Positions 10,075 through 21,599 of a stretch of DNA of 64,000 nucleotides are shown here, in pieces; position 1 is the stretch's first letter; every line of letters begins with the position of its first letter. The DNA comes from a virus. The notes under the pieces were generated by a model. The model made no database searches, was not told where the DNA came from, and saw nothing but the letters and a program-made list of their open reading frames with translations. A program made the translations under genes and the position numbers. The stretch lies in the IMG/VR virus record IMGVR_UViG_3300025941_000015, positions 32,001 through 96,000 of that record; one strand, written 5' to 3'.

Positions 10075-10515
10075 ATGGTGAAGCTGGGGTCTCAGTTCGA
10101 CTACTACACAGCGGCAGAGGACAACCCGTACCTGGAGGAGCACCTCGACGCCGTCACCACCCTGGCCCACGGCACTCACGAGGATCCATGGGCGGAGAAC
10201 GCCTACGGCGAAGAGCTTCCGGCGACGCGCACACACGTCGACCCGTGGCACGTCAACGCCATGGGTGGGCACACCATGCAGCGGATCGACCGTGCCAGGG
10301 AGGGCTACCGAAGCAACCCTGAGAAGATCCCGCCAGTCGTGTTGGTGCAGCGAGGTACGTGGGATCAGGATGACCCGAGGGCAGGCCACCCCAAGTACGA
10401 GGTGGCTGACGGACACCACCGGACGAAGGCCGCCCGAGCCAACGGGATGTCCGCTCTCCACGCCATCGTGGTGAAGAGCCCCCACGACTACGAGCTGGAG
10501 CTGCCGTCGTACTGA
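10075..10515 (+). CDS. ParB/Srx-like domain protein
   Basis: IPPVVLV...YEVADGHHRTKAA. Confidence 0.7.
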   Translation: MVKLGSQFDYYTAAEDNPYLEEHLDAVTTLAHGTHEDPWAENAYGEELPATRTHVDPWHVNAMGGHTMQRIDRAREGYRSNPEKIPPVVLVQRGTWDQDDPRAGHPKYEVADGHHRTKAARANGMSALHAIVVKSPHDYELELPSY

Positions 10516-10581
10516 GGCGTAGGCCCGGCCCGACAGGGGGTGGGCACTACCCTCGTGATAGGAGCCAACCAGGGAGCACAC

Positions 10582-10905
10582 ATGTCCGCACTAGCCGAGG
10601 TCGTCACGGTGACCACCAATCAGGAGGCGGCCATCAAGGTTGCAGCCCGGAGCGACGCCAAGGCTCTCGCCAAGACGATCGCCGGGGCGCTCGCCGACTC
10701 CTCGAAGGTGCAGGTGCGTGCGATCGGGGCAGGCTCTGTGAACCAGGCCATGAAGGCCATCGCCATCGCCCGAGGGTACGTTGCACAGCGTGGTCACGAC
10801 CTCGTCTGTCGGCCTGGCTTCGAGACCACATCGGACATCAATCGCCCCGGCACCTCAGGATCCAACGAGCTGTCGGTGCTGGTGCTGTTTCTGACAGTCG
10901 AGTAG
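10582..10905 (+). CDS. spoVS: SpoVS-family protein
   Basis: IKVAARS...IAGAL...VRAIGAGSVNQAMKAIAIARGYV...LVCRPGF. Confidence 0.85.
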   Translation: MSALAEVVTVTTNQEAAIKVAARSDAKALAKTIAGALADSSKVQVRAIGAGSVNQAMKAIAIARGYVAQRGHDLVCRPGFETTSDINRPGTSGSNELSVLVLFLTVE

Positions 10906-10914
10906 GAGGACGAC

Positions 10915-13270
10915 GTGGGAAGGGACGACGAACAAGACCTGGGGCTTCAGCAGATCCGAGAGGATCTGGACGCTCGCATCCAAGCGGAGCGCTATGGCGG
11001 TGGTGGGATGCCAGCGCCCTACCATCCGGTCGCTCCGCCTCCGGCAGCTCAGGCAGAGGGCCCGCGTGTCCGAGCATCCATGGGCTACGCCGGAGCACTC
11101 GGCGGGGCCAACTCCTACATGGAGATGCTCGTGCAACGCCGTGACTCTCAGGCAGCGCAGCGCATCCCCCGGTCGGCCAACTCGTGGTCGGCTGAGAACA
11201 AGCGACCCGGCTCATGGATGTCCGGTGTCGGCAGCATCTCCCCGGTCGGCACCGGCCGCCAGTACGCCAGCGGCATAGGCCGCCCGCTCATCCAACAGAG
11301 GGACAGTTGACATGACGATCAAGATGAACAAGCGCTATGCGCAGACCTCTCACTACGTCCCGACGCAGGCGACACCGTGGGCGATCGAGAGCCTGAACCG
11401 CGACGCCAACGCCGAGCACACCGAGGGCATGCTGTCGGCCCACGCCGTGCGTACCCAGGAGGCAGTGGAGAACCAGCACCACGCTCCCGGTGGAGCATCG
11501 GGCATGGAGCATGCTGCGGGCCGCCTGAAGACAGCGGGCTACATCAGCGCCATCAATGACTCCACTGGCCGCGACGCCTTCGGCTTCGACACCCACCCTC
11601 TGCCCGAGGTCACCAACCATGGTGGCGGCATCGTCGCCCGCTCGCCCGAGCGCGACGCCGAGCTGCACCTGAAGAACCCCGGCCTGATGGATCGCTGGCT
11701 CCAGCAGGGCAGCCGATCAGATGGAGGGCACTGATGAGCACCGGTATCACCAACCCCAACCAGTTCAGTGCGCACTGGCGCAACGCCGAGACGGGTGAGA
11801 TGGAGCCCGTGTCCGACGAGGTGTACGCGACCAACCGAGCGGCGTTGAAGCAGAAGAACCAGCAGGCCGAGGCGTGGTCGCAGCTCCGAGGCGACCGGTA
11901 CTTCAAGCAGGGCTGACATGCAGCAGAGCTTCAATCACACGCAGGATCTGCAGGGCATGGCGACGGGGCTCAGCCCGCGCTCTGGTCCTGAACCCCTGAT
12001 TCGTGATGCGATGGAAGCGGCGCGCCTCGCCTGGCGACACACGCCCGAGGCCGACTACCCCGACGGGTACCTGGGCACGACGACGGCTCGACGTGAGGAC
12101 AAGCTCGCCAACGCCGTCTGGCGCAACAAGAAGTCGTACGACCGTGGCGCACACAAGGGCGAGCGCCTCGACATGTCGGACTACCTCTGGCCGGACGTGT
12201 TCAACCTGGAGACAGGTCTCAGGATGGAAGCGGCTGGCTCAAAGTTCACCTCCGTTGCCTACGCCCAGGAACCTGTCGTACTCACGAACGACGGGCGCCC
12301 CGGTCCTCGCGACGTGGCGGGCATGATGGGTCAGCCCAACACGGGTGTGCCGGTGATGCCCGACCCGCAGCGCATCGGTCAGCTCCAGAGGATGAGGCCG
12401 ACCTGGCGGTGACGCCACGTCTAGCATTGACCCATGCCAGCACCAGTCAACGCCGATCGTGCGAACGACCTGCTGCCGCAGTACTACTCGAAGCCGGGAC
12501 AGCTCCGGCAGGAGTACGCAGTGGACTCTGTGCTCCGGCTCGCCACGGTGCCGGGTGAGATCATCGCCCAGCAGCGCCCCCCGGTCCCGCAGTTCCTCTT
12601 CCCTGAGAAGTACGGGTACCGGCAAGACCCGCTGACGATCATCGACGTGCTCTCCACCGATCGCTGGGCACCACAGCAGCGCTCGTGGGTGTCGGGGGCA
12701 CCGAGCCTTGGCAACCCTCGTGTCGAAGAGGTCGACGGTGCCGAGGGATCGTTCGGTCCCAACACCCTCACGGGCATGACCTACCAGCAGTGACGACTAC
12801 CATGGACGCAGGAGGTTCACAATGACGATGCGCACCAACCGCAGCATGAACGAAGACCTGAGGCGAGGTGCCGTCGACGGCAAGCTCCGCTTCCTGCGGC
12901 CGAATGCTGGTGGCCCGGCCGACGAGACGCACGCTCTGCAGCGCTCCGGCGAGCTGCATACCGAGAACTACGGCTCGATGGGCATCAGCCAGTTCCAGAC
13001 CGACCTCATCCAGCAGAACGTGGCGACCTCTCCGGCGCCCTTCATCGGGGGTCAGTGATGGGTTGCGAGAACTACGACTACCTGCCACCGGGCGAGCACA
13101 TGCGGGTCGCTCCTGAACCCACAGATGACCCGACGACCTGGCCGGGCTCGTACGTGACTCGTGAGCCGTACCCCGATGACATCCCGCAGCGCATCAAGGA
13201 GCTGCACGAGTACTGGGAGCCGACCGTCGGCGTCCAGTGGTACCAGCTCCCTCGCGGCACAGCACGATGA
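10915..13270 (+). other. run of 7 small Pro/Gly-rich hypothetical genes (10915-11310, 11312-11734, 11734-11916, 11918-12412, 12434-12793, 12822-13058, 13058-13270)
   Basis: Tightly packed co-oriented ORFs with RBS or stop/start overlaps; no recognisable enzyme motifs. Confidence 0.6.
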
Positions 13271-13327
13271 GCGCAGCCCCGTTGAGGGGCTAGCGTCGAA
13301 CACCCGGAGAACCCAAGGAGCACAACG

Positions 13328-13843
13328 ATGTCGATCCCACTGCACGAGCTGTCGAACCGCAAGGCGCTGCGCATCGCCTACTGCTACCAGTGCAAGACCA
13401 TGACGAAGGTCGAGCCCTACGAGGGTCCACCCGAGTACGACCAGCACCTGCAGTATTGGATCGACCAGCACCTCCACGGCAAGACGCCTGACGACGCTCG
13501 CGGCATGGTGTTCGTCAAGGACGCCTCGCAGTTCGATCATTCCGGTGTGGCCGGAGACGCCATCGAGGAGCAGATGATCGAGGAGGTCCGAGCCGAGCTG
13601 GCCGAGGCCAACCTGGAGGTCTACGCCATGCGCGACGGCCTCAAGTACGACGCCGTCGTCTGCCACCGCAAGCACGGTCAGCCGTCGTGGCCCGGCAAGC
13701 TCTGTGGCGACTACCAGGCCGACCAGAAGCGCGTGGGCCGCAACGACGTGCCCGAGCAGTACCAGCAGTACCTGTGCACCTATTGCCCGTACGAGGAGAC
13801 CGTGCGAGTGCAGAAGCGTTGGCAGGCCGGACAGTACAAGTAG
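13328..13843 (+). CDS. Cys-rich hypothetical protein
   Basis: AAGGAG RBS; CYQC, CHRKH, LCTYCP. Confidence 0.7.
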   Translation: MSIPLHELSNRKALRIAYCYQCKTMTKVEPYEGPPEYDQHLQYWIDQHLHGKTPDDARGMVFVKDASQFDHSGVAGDAIEEQMIEEVRAELAEANLEVYAMRDGLKYDAVVCHRKHGQPSWPGKLCGDYQADQKRVGRNDVPEQYQQYLCTYCPYEETVRVQKRWQAGQYK

Positions 13844-13846
13844 CTC

Positions 13847-14305
13847 ATGCGCCTCCTCATCGTCGAGGCTCCGGGCGTCCTGTACCCCTACGATCAGCAG
13901 CCACCCAACGCTGACCCGATCTACAGCGGCCTGCGCTTCGTGCGGGCGCTCACCGAGGGCTACGGCGTGTCGGTGCTCATCGTGGGGCAGCTCTCCGCCG
14001 TCGACCCCGACATGCAGCTCAAGGAGTGGCTCAGGATCTACGACGTCCAGCACGCTTGGATCCTGACCGGTGACGGCTCGAAGCCCGACAGGGAGTTCTG
14101 GGAGACAGACGTGCTGACGTACATAGGCAAACTGCGCGGAACACCGACCATGGCTGTCGTCCCTCATACTCCAACCGCAACGATGCTCGCCCGGCGCAGT
14201 GTCCCGGTCCTGCGCTTCCTCCCGCCCGTCGGCAAGGTTCCTGACTGGGGCCCGACCAACTCGTCGTGGGCCTCGAAGCAGCCCGTGGAAGAGGCGGTCT
14301 CGTGA
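13847..14305 (+). CDS. hypothetical protein, possibly a degenerate HAD fold
   Basis: LLIVEAPGVL resembles DxDGVL without the catalytic Asp. Confidence 0.45.
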   Translation: MRLLIVEAPGVLYPYDQQPPNADPIYSGLRFVRALTEGYGVSVLIVGQLSAVDPDMQLKEWLRIYDVQHAWILTGDGSKPDREFWETDVLTYIGKLRGTPTMAVVPHTPTATMLARRSVPVLRFLPPVGKVPDWGPTNSSWASKQPVEEAVS

Positions 14306-15606
14306 GGGTCTGGTTGAGCGGTGGTGAGGTGCCGAAGCACCGTGACCTGTTCGGCCGTGCCGGTGCCGAGAAGATCGCCATCAACCTCTCCAGCGTCGTC
14401 AAGGACCGCGCTGGCGGTCTGGGTGATCTCGACACCCTGCTCCCGTACGCCAAGCTGTTCTACACGTCCCAGAGCGACCTCGAACCGAGCGCCTACGACG
14501 ACGTCCTGAACCGCTACATGACCGATGACAGCCTTGTGCTGGGTATCGAGTCACCGTTGGCCATGGGAGCGGGCCTGTACGTCCCTGAGTGGCACGGCGG
14601 CGACGTTGACGAGCTACTCGACCTCGCCGTCGAGTACGGCCGTGTGGCGGTGTCTGAGGGGGTGCTGGCGACAGAATCGTTGATGAAGCCGATCGCCGTC
14701 TTCCACGCCCGGAACCCTCATGTGGCCATCTTCGCCACCACCTCGAAGACGAAGCTGATCGCCCCGAAGATCGCCACCGACATCCTCGTGTCCGGCTGGC
14801 TGTCGGCGCAGAAGCACCGTGAGCTGCAGGTGTGGGACGGCGCCAAGGTGGCCCGGTTCCCCCGCTCGACGCGCAACAACCAGATCGAGGCGCACCGTGC
14901 CCAGATCATCAACCTGGGGTGCGACCCCGAGCTGATCGCCGAGGGCGACGTTCCAGAGTCGATGAAGCTGGCCGTGGTCTCGTGGCTGCAGTACGAGAAG
15001 GTAGTTGCTACCGGGCAGGTCATCGACCTGTCGTTACACCGTCCGGGGGGTGCCATAGATGTTGCTACTGACACCCGGCAAGCTCGCAAGCGCGACGACC
15101 TCGTGATGCTGCCCGTACTGCGCCCTCCCACCGAGGACGTTCCTGAACCCCGACCTGAGTCCAGCTCGATGCGCCAGTGCAACGTCTGCTCGCTCTCGGC
15201 CGTCTGTCCGAAGTACGAGCGCGACGCCCTGTGCGGCTTCGCCATCCCCGTGACCCTCCGCACGAAGACCGAGCTGTCATCGATGTTGGCCACCCTGCTG
15301 GAGATCCAGAGCCAGCGCGCACTCATGGCCAAGTTCGAGGAAGACCTGATGTCGCAAGGCGCATCGTCCGAGGCGAGTGCCGAGCTGGAGCGCTTCTTCC
15401 GCCTCGCCGAGTCGGCCAAGAGGATCTCCGAGGACCGCCAGACGTTGACCGTCGTTGCCACCGCCACCGGCTCCGGCGAGGGCCCGCTGTCGTCCCTGTT
15501 CGGCTCCCGAGTGGGTGAGCTGAGCCAGGGTCTCCGCAACCCGATTCAGTCCGAGGACATCATCGATGCTGCAGAGATCATCGACGCTCCGTTGGGCGAT
15601 TCGTAG
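14302..15606 (+). CDS. conserved hypothetical protein with a 4-Cys cluster
   Basis: GTG overlapping the upstream stop; CNVC.....CP.......C then a helical C-terminus. Confidence 0.7.
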   Translation: MRVWLSGGEVPKHRDLFGRAGAEKIAINLSSVVKDRAGGLGDLDTLLPYAKLFYTSQSDLEPSAYDDVLNRYMTDDSLVLGIESPLAMGAGLYVPEWHGGDVDELLDLAVEYGRVAVSEGVLATESLMKPIAVFHARNPHVAIFATTSKTKLIAPKIATDILVSGWLSAQKHRELQVWDGAKVARFPRSTRNNQIEAHRAQIINLGCDPELIAEGDVPESMKLAVVSWLQYEKVVATGQVIDLSLHRPGGAIDVATDTRQARKRDDLVMLPVLRPPTEDVPEPRPESSSMRQCNVCSLSAVCPKYERDALCGFAIPVTLRTKTELSSMLATLLEIQSQRALMAKFEEDLMSQGASSEASAELERFFRLAESAKRISEDRQTLTVVATATGSGEGPLSSLFGSRVGELSQGLRNPIQSEDIIDAAEIIDAPLGDS

Positions 15607-15665
15607 CAACTACGGTTGGGTACTCCGGCACCAATCCAGTGACATGTTCCGAGGAGGGACCAGCA

Positions 15666-16028
15666 ATGAGCGATACCGACATCGAAGATCCGCACGTCGA
15701 GGCGTGGGAGAACCGTCAGGAAGACCCGGCGTTCTCCGACGGCACCGTTGCCACTCCCGGCACCGAGTACCCGGTCGAGCCCGGCCCCGGCCCGGTAGAC
15801 GAGGAGGGCAATCCCGTCGACCCCAACGCTCCCGCCCGTGAGCCCGAGGCTCTCGGCCGCGGCAAGGCCGCCGACGACGACGATGATGACGACGGCTTCG
15901 ACCCCGCCGACTACTCCGTCGAAGAGGTGAACGCCTACGTCGACGCCAACCCGGAGTACGCATCCGAGATCGCCTCTCTGGAGGCCGGAGGGAAGAACCG
16001 CAAGGGCGTCCTCGACCACATCGGTTGA
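15666..16028 (+). CDS. acidic protein with small C-terminal helical domain
   Basis: GGAGG RBS; PADYSVEEVNAYV...E..GKNRKGVL. Confidence 0.65.
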   Translation: MSDTDIEDPHVEAWENRQEDPAFSDGTVATPGTEYPVEPGPGPVDEEGNPVDPNAPAREPEALGRGKAADDDDDDDGFDPADYSVEEVNAYVDANPEYASEIASLEAGGKNRKGVLDHIG

Positions 16029-16054
16029 CCAACAACGCTGTGAGGCGATACCCT
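16025..16054 (+). promoter_or_regulatory. promoter with operator-like site in the spacer
   Basis: TTGACC-18-TACCCT; CAACGCTGTG at 16033; GC hairpin 16102-16137 downstream. Confidence 0.5.
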
Positions 16055-16172
16055 CACGGCGGCAACAGCGACGGGTGCCTTGACAGTCCACCCGGTCCAC
16101 GCAGCGCCCTCTCCCTTCTCGGGGATAGAGGGCGCTGTGTCGCGAAGAACCCACTACCAGGAGAACGAAGAC

Positions 16173-16865
16173 ATGGCGAACAAGACCAAGGGCTCATGGC
16201 CCGCCGACACCCCGCGGGACATATGTTCGATGACGTGGTGGCCGAGCAACGCCGAGATGATGTACGACCTCGTGCGCATCGGCTACGTCGATCCCAACCG
16301 CAAGATCGTCGACCTCACCTACGGGCGCGGCACGTGGTGGACGATGCTCCGAGCCGAGGGCCACAAGCTGCGTCACCTCGTCGAGCACGACGTGTCGATC
16401 GACGGCGTCGACTTCCGCGACCCGCTGCCCGAGCGCGCAGGGTCGGCGCACACCGTCACCTTCGATCCTCCCTACGTCTCGACCGGCGGCCGGACCACCT
16501 CGACCATCCCCGAGTTCAACGGCCGCTACGGCGTGATGTACGCAGAGCGCACACCCGAGCTGAACCAGGAGCTGCTGATCAACCCCGGCATCCTGAACGC
16601 GAAACGGATCCTGAACCCCGACGGCAAGCTCATCGTCAAGGCCACGAACTACATCAGCTCGAACACCTACAAGCAGGCCGCCCGGTGGTCGATCGAGTAC
16701 GCCGAGTCGATCGGCCTGGAGCTGCGCGACCAGTGGTTCACCGCCGGTCACGTCCGAGCCCAGCCCGGCGGTCGCAAGGTCAACCACGCCCGCAACAACT
16801 GGAGCGTGGCGCTCGTCTTTCAGCCCGGCAAGACGATGCGGAAGCGGCCCGCCAAGAAGGCGTGA
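16173..16865 (+). CDS. amino (N6A/N4C) DNA methyltransferase
   Basis: SAM motif VDLTYGRG and catalytic FDPPY; AGGAG RBS. Confidence 0.75.
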   Translation: MANKTKGSWPADTPRDICSMTWWPSNAEMMYDLVRIGYVDPNRKIVDLTYGRGTWWTMLRAEGHKLRHLVEHDVSIDGVDFRDPLPERAGSAHTVTFDPPYVSTGGRTTSTIPEFNGRYGVMYAERTPELNQELLINPGILNAKRILNPDGKLIVKATNYISSNTYKQAARWSIEYAESIGLELRDQWFTAGHVRAQPGGRKVNHARNNWSVALVFQPGKTMRKRPAKKA

Positions 16866-17031
16866 CCGTGGACCGAGGTGGCGCCGTGCATCGGGCACTC
16901 GCTGTTGCTCCCAGGAGCGGCCCACTGCCCCGGCACCCGGCAGAGGCAAGCCGAGCAGACGGGGCACCAGTGCCCGTCGTACATGTCCTCACAGCGCTTC
17001 ACGGGAGCACACTACCGTTGTGTACAGCAGG

Positions 17032-17067
17032 TTGCTTTCCACAACGTTGTTGTGTACAGTGGTGTCC
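17032..17067 (+). promoter_or_regulatory. divergent leaderless promoter P1 with operator in the spacer
   Basis: TTGCTT-17-TACAGT-7-ATG 17068; CAACGTTGTTG at 17042. Confidence 0.65.
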
Positions 17068-17921
17068 ATGAGCAAATACGACACCATCGAGATCGACGTC
17101 TGCAGCGACTGCCTGAACTGGATCGCCAACGGCACCCTCCCCGACGACGGGGAGCGCGACGAAGTCAACGCCAACAGCTTCGACGCCATCACCACGGCCC
17201 CCGGCATCGACGAGGGCTACGACGTCGTGCCCGGTTCCGGCGACGACGAGGGGCACTTCTCCCACCAGCCGTGCGACGCCTGCCGCCGCCCGTTCGGTGG
17301 CCAGCGCTACAAGGCCACCATGATCTCCCCGATCCCCAACGACAGAGAGGAAGCCTGACATGGGCCAGATGAGTGCAGAAGAGATGGCCGCCGCCGTCGG
17401 CGAGCACGAGACCACGATGCGCATGGCGCTGACCTGGCACCTCACGAGCAACCACTTCCCCCCGGTCCACACGATGTTCGTGGACGCAGCGATGGAAGCG
17501 ATTCAGCTCGCTGCGGACGAGGACTTCGACTACGTCATCCATCTCCCCAACGACAAGGATCTGACGGTCACCGAGATCGTCGACGAGCTGCACCTGTGGC
17601 CGTTTGTCGACAACGCTCTTGGGGCAGACTTCGACTGATGTCAACGGTTGACCGAGTCCTCAGCGTCTTCGCCACGCCCGACTGCCCTGACTGTCAAGGC
17701 AAGGGAGTGGTGATGGGGCGGGTCTGGCAGAACGGTCGGGCTTGGGTCAAGGACAACGACCGGATCTGCAACTGTGTTCCGAGGATCACGGTGAGCCAGC
17801 GAAACTAGACCTTGGCGCTCCACCCTGGTAGGGGTCATTCAGTACGAGAGTGGCATCTCGGAAATGGGAGCGCTACATGCCACCGGAGGAGCGTCGGGTT
17901 TCGGCCCGGCGCTCTTTCGCG

Positions 17922-17965
17922 TCCTGAACCCCTATGTTCAGAAACCGATCCTGAACCCCTGTGTT
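17922..17965 (+). repeat. tandem TCCTGAACCCCT(A/G)TGTT in a non-coding stretch
   Basis: Copies at 17922 and 17949, 27 bp apart. Confidence 0.8.
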
Positions 17966-18094
17966 TCGATTCCCGTTTCACACGGGTACAACGTGTGCTG
18001 CGGCGGGCCCCTCGCAGCATCCCGAGCGGCCCGCCGACCAAGCCCCCTCCCCCTCCGCAACGATGTTGCGATCGTGTGACGATGGGCACCGAGG

Positions 18095-18129
18095 TTGGAA
18101 CAGCGTTGTGGACCGTGTACTCTGGCCAC
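18095..18129 (+). promoter_or_regulatory. cassette promoter P2
   Basis: TTGGAA-17-TACTCT-GGCCAC-ATG 18130 (gene to 18480). Confidence 0.85.
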
Positions 18130-19685
18130 ATGACACGAACCAAGCCAACCCACACACCGTCCTCGATCTACTCCGAGCCCAACCCCATGGAGCGCCTGCT
18201 CCGCCGTGCGACGTACGACCTGCGCAACGCTCAGCTCACGCTCGACGGCATCGACAAGGACATCCTCCGGCTGCGCAAGCTGGCCCGGCACTACGCCGAG
18301 GAGGGCAACCACAGCGCCAAGCGGAGCGCCAACGACCATGCCGATCGGCGGGTGCTCGAACAGCGCAAGAAGACCGTTGAGCGCGACGCCCTCCAGCAGG
18401 AGCTGGAAGTGCTCAAGGTGCTCGTGGCGAACCACGAGTACTGGGTACCGCAGCCCCGCTTCTGGGAGCAGCAGTCATGACCACCTACACCGCCGTGAGG
18501 GTGTCCCTCACCGCCTTCGCCGTCATGGACGGCAACGACATCGTCGCTGTGTGCGAGAACATGGCGACCGCCCGCAAGGTCTACGACGAGACGACCGAGA
18601 TCTACGCCTCGATCCCCCGTCGGTTCAAGATCATCAAGGTTCCCTACATCAAGGACGAAGCATGACCACCACCTCCGACACCCTCCTCCTGCTCGACAAG
18701 GCCACGGCGTACTGGTACGCCTGCGGCTACAACGACCACCGCGATGGGGACATCGCCCCGTACTGCGATCCGCACGCGTTCGCTGAGCACTGGATCGCTC
18801 TGTGCGCCCGGCCCTCTCGCCCCAGCATGCAGGACGCTTTCCAGCAGTTCGCATTCGGGGTGAAGTGCACCCGGTGCCACGGCAACGAGGTCATCACCGT
18901 CGGTGCCGACCGCCCGGACTACTGGGGCAACTACGACACCGAGGAGATCCCCTGCCCGGAGTGCCAGGGAGAGGTGGAGTGATGGACACGATCGACTACA
19001 ACGCCATGCAGGAAGCTGCCATGCACATCATCAGCGCCCAGCGCTCGCTGCCCATCATCCACACCGTCACCATCACCCTCGACGGGGCGACCGGCGGCGC
19101 CCTGGTCACCATCGAGGGATTCACCTCCGATGAGCTGGACGAAACACTCACCCTCGAAAGGACCGTCCGATGACCACCCTCCCCGACCTCGACAACGACA
19201 CGTTGAAGTACACGTTCAGGAAGCAAGACCCCACGTCGTACAAGATCGTGTACAACATCTGGCGCTCGATCAACGGCCGCCCCGAGCAGAAGATCGGCAC
19301 CGTCGTCAAGACCCGCGATGGCGACTGGAGCCAGTCGGCGCACTGGGTGGCTGAGAGCAGCGACGGCGAACACCGGGGCAGTGGCGACACTCGACAGAGT
19401 GCCGTGCGCTCGCTGGAGAACCGGCTGCAAGGGCCGGAGTACACCGAGCGGAAGCTCCAGGCGTACCGCGACCAGCTTGCCGCCGAGGGCGCCAAGGCGG
19501 CCGCAGCCAAGGCGGCGGACGAGGATCTGATCGACGCCCTCATGGCCCGCTGGCCAGCGATCGCCGAGCGGTTGCTCCCGCTCCGCGAGAACGCCGGTCG
19601 CTTCACCAGCTACGCCGTCACCACTCAGCAGGTCATCGACATGCTCAACGCTCTGGAGACTTCACGATGAATCTGACATCCGAGG

Positions 19686-19720
19686 TTGGCAACAGCGTTG
19701 CGGACGTGTACTCTGTTCAC
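19686..19720 (+). promoter_or_regulatory. cassette promoter P3
   Basis: TTGGCA-17-TACTCT-GTTCAC-ATG 19721 (gene to 20095). Confidence 0.85.
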
Positions 19721-20520
19721 ATGACCCCAACCACCATCTTCCAGTCCCTCTGGGACGCCCCGCTCTCCGCTCGTGGCTTCATGAGCATCTCGACCCACGA
19801 CGAGGTCACCTTCAACGGCCTGCAGCACGGCGAGCTGTCGATCATCGGCCTGCGCAACGTGGCGGGCCTGGGCACCACGCTCACGATCCACGAGAAGGGC
19901 AGCACGCACTGGACGGGCCGGGGCATGAAGCCCTCCTACAACGGCGCCTCGATCATCACGATCCTCATCTCGGACGACCTCTGGGCGGGCGGCACCTCGC
20001 GTCGCTACATCGAGCTGTCCCGTGCGATCTCCGCCTCGACCAGCGTCACCGAGCGCGACTCGCTCAACGCCCTCCACGTCGGGATGCTGCGATGAGCCCC
20101 GAGCTGACCAACGCCCTGGTCGCTGCACACCGCTCTGCGCAGCTCGCTGCCAGCAACGCTCGTGAAGCCCTGAGCTACGCACAGACGGCCCTCAGGAAGG
20201 CCCAGGAGGCCGCTGACGAGGCGGACCTCGCCGCTGCGCACATCGCCGGTGCCTTCAAGATCGTTGAGCAGGACGCACGATGAGCGCCCGCCCGAAGCTC
20301 GTGCCCGGCCACACGTACCGGTTCACGTTCACGCCGACCGAGGCGCTCATCGCTGCGAGGCCGTACAACGTGACCCCCTACACCACCACCGTGACCATCA
20401 GCACGACGCCCGGTGGCGTGCACACGCCCAAGTCGGTCACGATGTGGGCGAACCGCTGGTGCACCCGTGGCCGGTACACGGTCGAGATCGTCGAATTGGT
20501 CGAGGAATCTGCCTCCGAGG

Positions 20521-20555
20521 TTGTAACGGCGTTGTGAGCCGTGTATCTTGATCAC
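20521..20555 (+). promoter_or_regulatory. cassette promoter P4
   Basis: TTGTAA-17-TATCTT-GATCAC-ATG 20556 (gene to 20897). Confidence 0.85.
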
Positions 20556-21094
20556 ATGACCGCAACCACCACCACCGCACCCGCCACCTACGCCAAGGCC
20601 GCCGCCGTCGCCGAGCAGATCACGCTCGCCGAACTGGCCGAACTGCTCGCCGCCGACGACAACCCGGACGTCTACCCCGGCAAGGGCAAGCGCAAGCAGA
20701 TCGCCATGAACGCCCGCCTGCGGGTGAACACGCTCGACACGGGCGCCACCCGCGGCTGGGTCGGCTACGACCGCTGCACCTTCGGCACCGGCTACACGAC
20801 CTTCGACGGCGTCACGGTCGGCTACCGCTACGACCGGCCCGTGTTCCGCTTCGAGCGCCACGGCGTCCGCATCGTGCAGGTCGTGGTCCCGTCATGAGCA
20901 GCAAGAGCACGGCCGCCCGTCGGGCATCGCAGGCCCGGTCGAACTACGCCGCCATGAAGCGGGCGTCCGACCAGGGCAAGAAGCAACTGGCGTGCCCCCA
21001 CGAGGTCGTCAACCCCGTTGAGGGGTTCGAGGGCATGATCCAGTGCGCCGCCTGTGGCGCCTACGGACCTTTCTGAGGAATCACCTCATCGACG

Positions 21095-21128
21095 TTGCAA
21101 CGACGTTGAAACGGTGTACACTGGCCAC
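21095..21128 (+). promoter_or_regulatory. cassette promoter P5
   Basis: TTGCAA-16-TACACT-GGCCAC-ATG 21129 (gene to 21458). Confidence 0.85.
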
Positions 21129-21565
21129 ATGACAAACACCACCATCACCTCCGCCTGGAACTGCAACGACACGACCAGGACCGCCTCCGTCCTCACGGCC
21201 GAGCAGGCCGCTGCTGCGGGCATCCTGCTCGCCGACGACGACGAGTTCGTCATGAACCTCCGCTCCTGGGACGTCGACGCCCCGTTCTTCATCATCGGCC
21301 GCTTCACCGGCCGCACGCGTCGCATGTGGCAGGAGACGTGCCGCACGATCGAGACCTTCGATGTCGAGACCGTCGCCATCGAGGACGACCGCGACGGGAC
21401 GTTCGCCATCTGGGGCGTCAGCGGCGCACGGCGCAAGGGCACCTGGGCCTGCCGCTGATCTGCGCAGGTCGCTCCGGGCGGGGCGACCGTGCGCGTGCCG
21501 GGGAGACGGGTAGACGGGACCGTCTCCCCGGCGACAACATCGTACGAAGAATCCTCCCTCTGACG

Positions 21566-21599
21566 TTGGAACAGCGTTGAAGACGTGTACACTGATCAC
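21566..21599 (+). promoter_or_regulatory. cassette promoter P6
   Basis: TTGGAA-16-TACACT-GATCAC-ATG 21600 (gene to 21902). Confidence 0.85.

Noticed and set aside
10075-10515. Plasmid-prophage partition system
   Set aside because: No ParA or parS array, and the ParB-like ORFs lack the HTH and dimerisation regions.
17812-18129. N-terminal extensions in the ORF track (e.g. ...EVGTALWTVYSGH-M, ...VYTDH-M)
   Set aside because: These are translations of the promoter repeat; the true starts are most likely the ATGs after ...CAC.
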